From Psilocybe cubensis (Eukaryota): DNA of 64,000 bases. The stretch spans positions 2,790,001-2,854,000 of the forward strand of contig CM039004.1 in the NCBI GenBank assembly GCA_017499595.2. The letters run 5' to 3'. Numbering within the stretch: position 1 is the stretch's first letter; each line of letters opens with the position of its first letter. A program made the translations under genes and the position numbers. The notes under the pieces were generated by a model. It saw only the letters and a list, made by a program, of their open reading frames with translations. It was not told where the DNA came from and did no database searches. This document shows positions 61,726 through 64,000 of the stretch, piece by piece.

Positions 61726-63469
61726 ATGCCCCGAGAAATCATAACATTACAACTTGGACAGTGCGGCAATCAAGGTCTGTGCAAACTCTTTACAGTTTTG
61801 TATTCACTTAGATGAGGGTTCATAAGTCGGATCGACATTCTGGCAACGGCTATGTACTGAACATGGCATCAACGAACACTGCATTCTCGAACCATGGGCC
61901 ACAGATGGAGGGGACAGAAAGGACGTGTTCTTCTATCAGGCAGATGACGAGCAATACGTGCCGCGCTCTATTCTCGTGGATCTCGAACCTAGGGTAAATG
62001 CCCCATGTAGACTGTATATGGGTAGGACTGATTTTGAGGGTGTCCAGGTGATCAACAACATTCTCACGTCGCCCTTTTCTCACTTATACAACCCCGAGAA
62101 CATCTTTGTTTCCAAAGATGGAGGTGGTGCTGGAAATAATTGGGCCCAAGGATATGCGTCAGGGGAGCGCATTTATGAAGAAGTCATGGACATGGTTGAC
62201 CGGGAGGCCGAGAGCAGTGAATCTTTAGAGGTATGTCGTTAGAATCGCACATTAGTCTTACCTAAGAACTTCAAATGCATATAGGCGTTTCTTGTTCTTC
62301 ATTCAATTGCGGGAGGGACGGGATCTGGTCTAGGATCCTTTATGTTGGAGCGTCTGAACGACAGGTTTCCCAAAAAGATAATTCAAACTTACAGTGTGTT
62401 TCCGAACACCCAAGAAGGCGATGTTGTCGTGCAGCCATATAACTCTTTACTGACGTTAAAGCGTCTTATTGATCATGCAGACTCAGTCGTGGTCTTAGAC
62501 AACAGTGCCATTGCTCGCATAGCTGCAGACAGACTTCATACTCAAACCCCGTCCTTTGATCAGACCAACCAGTTGATCTCAACTGTTATGGCCGCTAGTA
62601 CACAGACTCTACGGTATCCTTCTGCCACTCACAATTCCCTCATTGGCTTAGTTTCTTCTCTCATACCCACTCCACGCTGCCATTTTCTTATGACATCCTA
62701 TACCCCATTTTCAAGCACGGAAATTGACCAAGTTCGAAACGGCTTCCGTTCTCTAGTCATTCACAGATTTACTAACTACCTTGCTAAAGGCTAAAACGAT
62801 ACGTCGTACAACAGTGTTGGACGTCATGCGACGCCTGCTTCAACCCAAAAATCGATTGATCTCGACACACTCATCGCCTCAGGCTTGCTACATCTCTAAC
62901 ATGAGCATTATCCTGGGCGAAACGTCTCCTAAGGAAATATCTCAAACTATGAGCCGTATGCGAGAACGAAATCTTATACCGTTTGTTCCATGGACCCCCG
63001 CAGCTCCTCAACTTGTACCCGCTCGAAAGTCCCCGTACAGCGGCTCTAGCCATAAAGTCAGTGGTCTGATGCTGGCCAATCATACGAGCGTCGCATCTGT
63101 AGGTTCAATCTCTTGCTGACTCTCGGTTACATCGCAATGCTCAACGGACGTCGAAGCTTTTCAAAAAGATGATTGATCAATACGACAGATTGAAAAAGCG
63201 CAACGCCTTCATGGATATGTATAAAAAAGAGAAGATGTTCGAAAACAATCTTGACGAATTCGATCGAGCAAGGTCTGTATATCCGTTTGGTCAGAACACT
63301 AGCTCACTGAAGTCCAATTTAATAACGCTTAGGACGGCTTGTGAAGATACCATGAAAGAGTATAAAGCATCGGAAAGCCCTGACTATATTGCTTATGTGC
63401 GTGTACTATTTGCCTTCATTGGACCAGAACTCGGCAAACATTAAAATCATCCCATCGCAGTCGGAGTGA
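61726..63469 (+). CDS. TUBG: Gamma-tubulin, divergent, multi-exon
   Basis: [71 protein letters not shown] and [11 protein letters not shown] are gamma-specific signatures. Confidence 0.92.
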
Positions 63470-64000
63470 CGAGTTTGCCTTATATAGCACTGATTACTGC
63501 GTCGTATGTGGTTTGTTGGCATTTCCTATGAATTCTATCGTTGCATCTCAAAAGGATTGTCATGTGGCACCACTGCTGTCTTCGTCCAATGTGTGCAATA
63601 TCAGACCAAACCTGAGAGTGGATATCATCATTCAACCGCCAGCAAGATGACCAAGGTTGATGATCTAGGATGCCAGAATTCATTGTCCTGGTACGTGAGT
63701 GCTTTGAACTATAATTCAACCGACCATGCTAATACAAAGAATGGAAGCTACTTTTTTGGTTGTAAATGTTACCATACAGCACGATAAATCAAAAGAAGAG
63801 AGTTCATCTGAGCGTGTTTACGCTATTTCTAGACGATTACGAGTGGCATTCATGGTATCAGTTCGTAATCCGATATACTTTTTCTTTTTCCTGAGTGCAT
63901 CCATATGGACGGAGAAAATATCACCGTGTGCTAACAAGCACTGTTTCAATTGCAGGTGATACTTGCTACGAATGAAAGACTCGACGCTTCCGTGTCGCCC

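Noticed and set aside
1-64000. CRISPR arrays, rRNA, tRNA genes or a secondary-metabolite core enzyme
   Set aside because: None seen by eye; no repeat-spacer array and no PKS, NRPS or terpene synthase motifs. A tRNAscan-SE or Infernal run would be needed to exclude small RNA genes.

Overview
Eukaryotic, intron-rich fungal DNA with short (~45-70 nt) GT-AG introns and Agaricomycete-type gene content; the species cannot be fixed from sequence alone. Recognisable genes: a DUF4139/4140 protein, two DHA1-type MFS transporters, App1-like phosphatidate phosphatase, a degenerate Tpt1/KptA-like protein, a stand-alone T4 Rnl1-type RNA ligase, HEM13, an aquaglyceroporin plus its pseudogene twin, three intronless F-box-like/LRR paralogs (one frameshifted), a spliced F-box gene, an O-fucosyltransferase-like protein, an HD-domain nucleotidase, an anoctamin/TMEM16 and a divergent gamma-tubulin. 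A complete but inactivated Ty1/Copia LTR retrotransposon (33374-38622) lies in an intron of the aquaporin pseudogene. The most striking item is almost invisible in the ORF track: five small secreted cysteine-rich peptide genes (49839-50308 and a four-gene array at 57697-61141). All five share a five-exon structure with 14-nt and 10-nt microexons and a C-x7-C-x5-CC-x10-14-C-x6-11-C-P-x-stop (cystine-knot-like) pattern. The second highlight is the phage/bacterial-style RNA ligase near a probable Tpt1 pseudoenzyme. All splice models were reconstructed by eye and family calls rest on motif recognition, not database searches.
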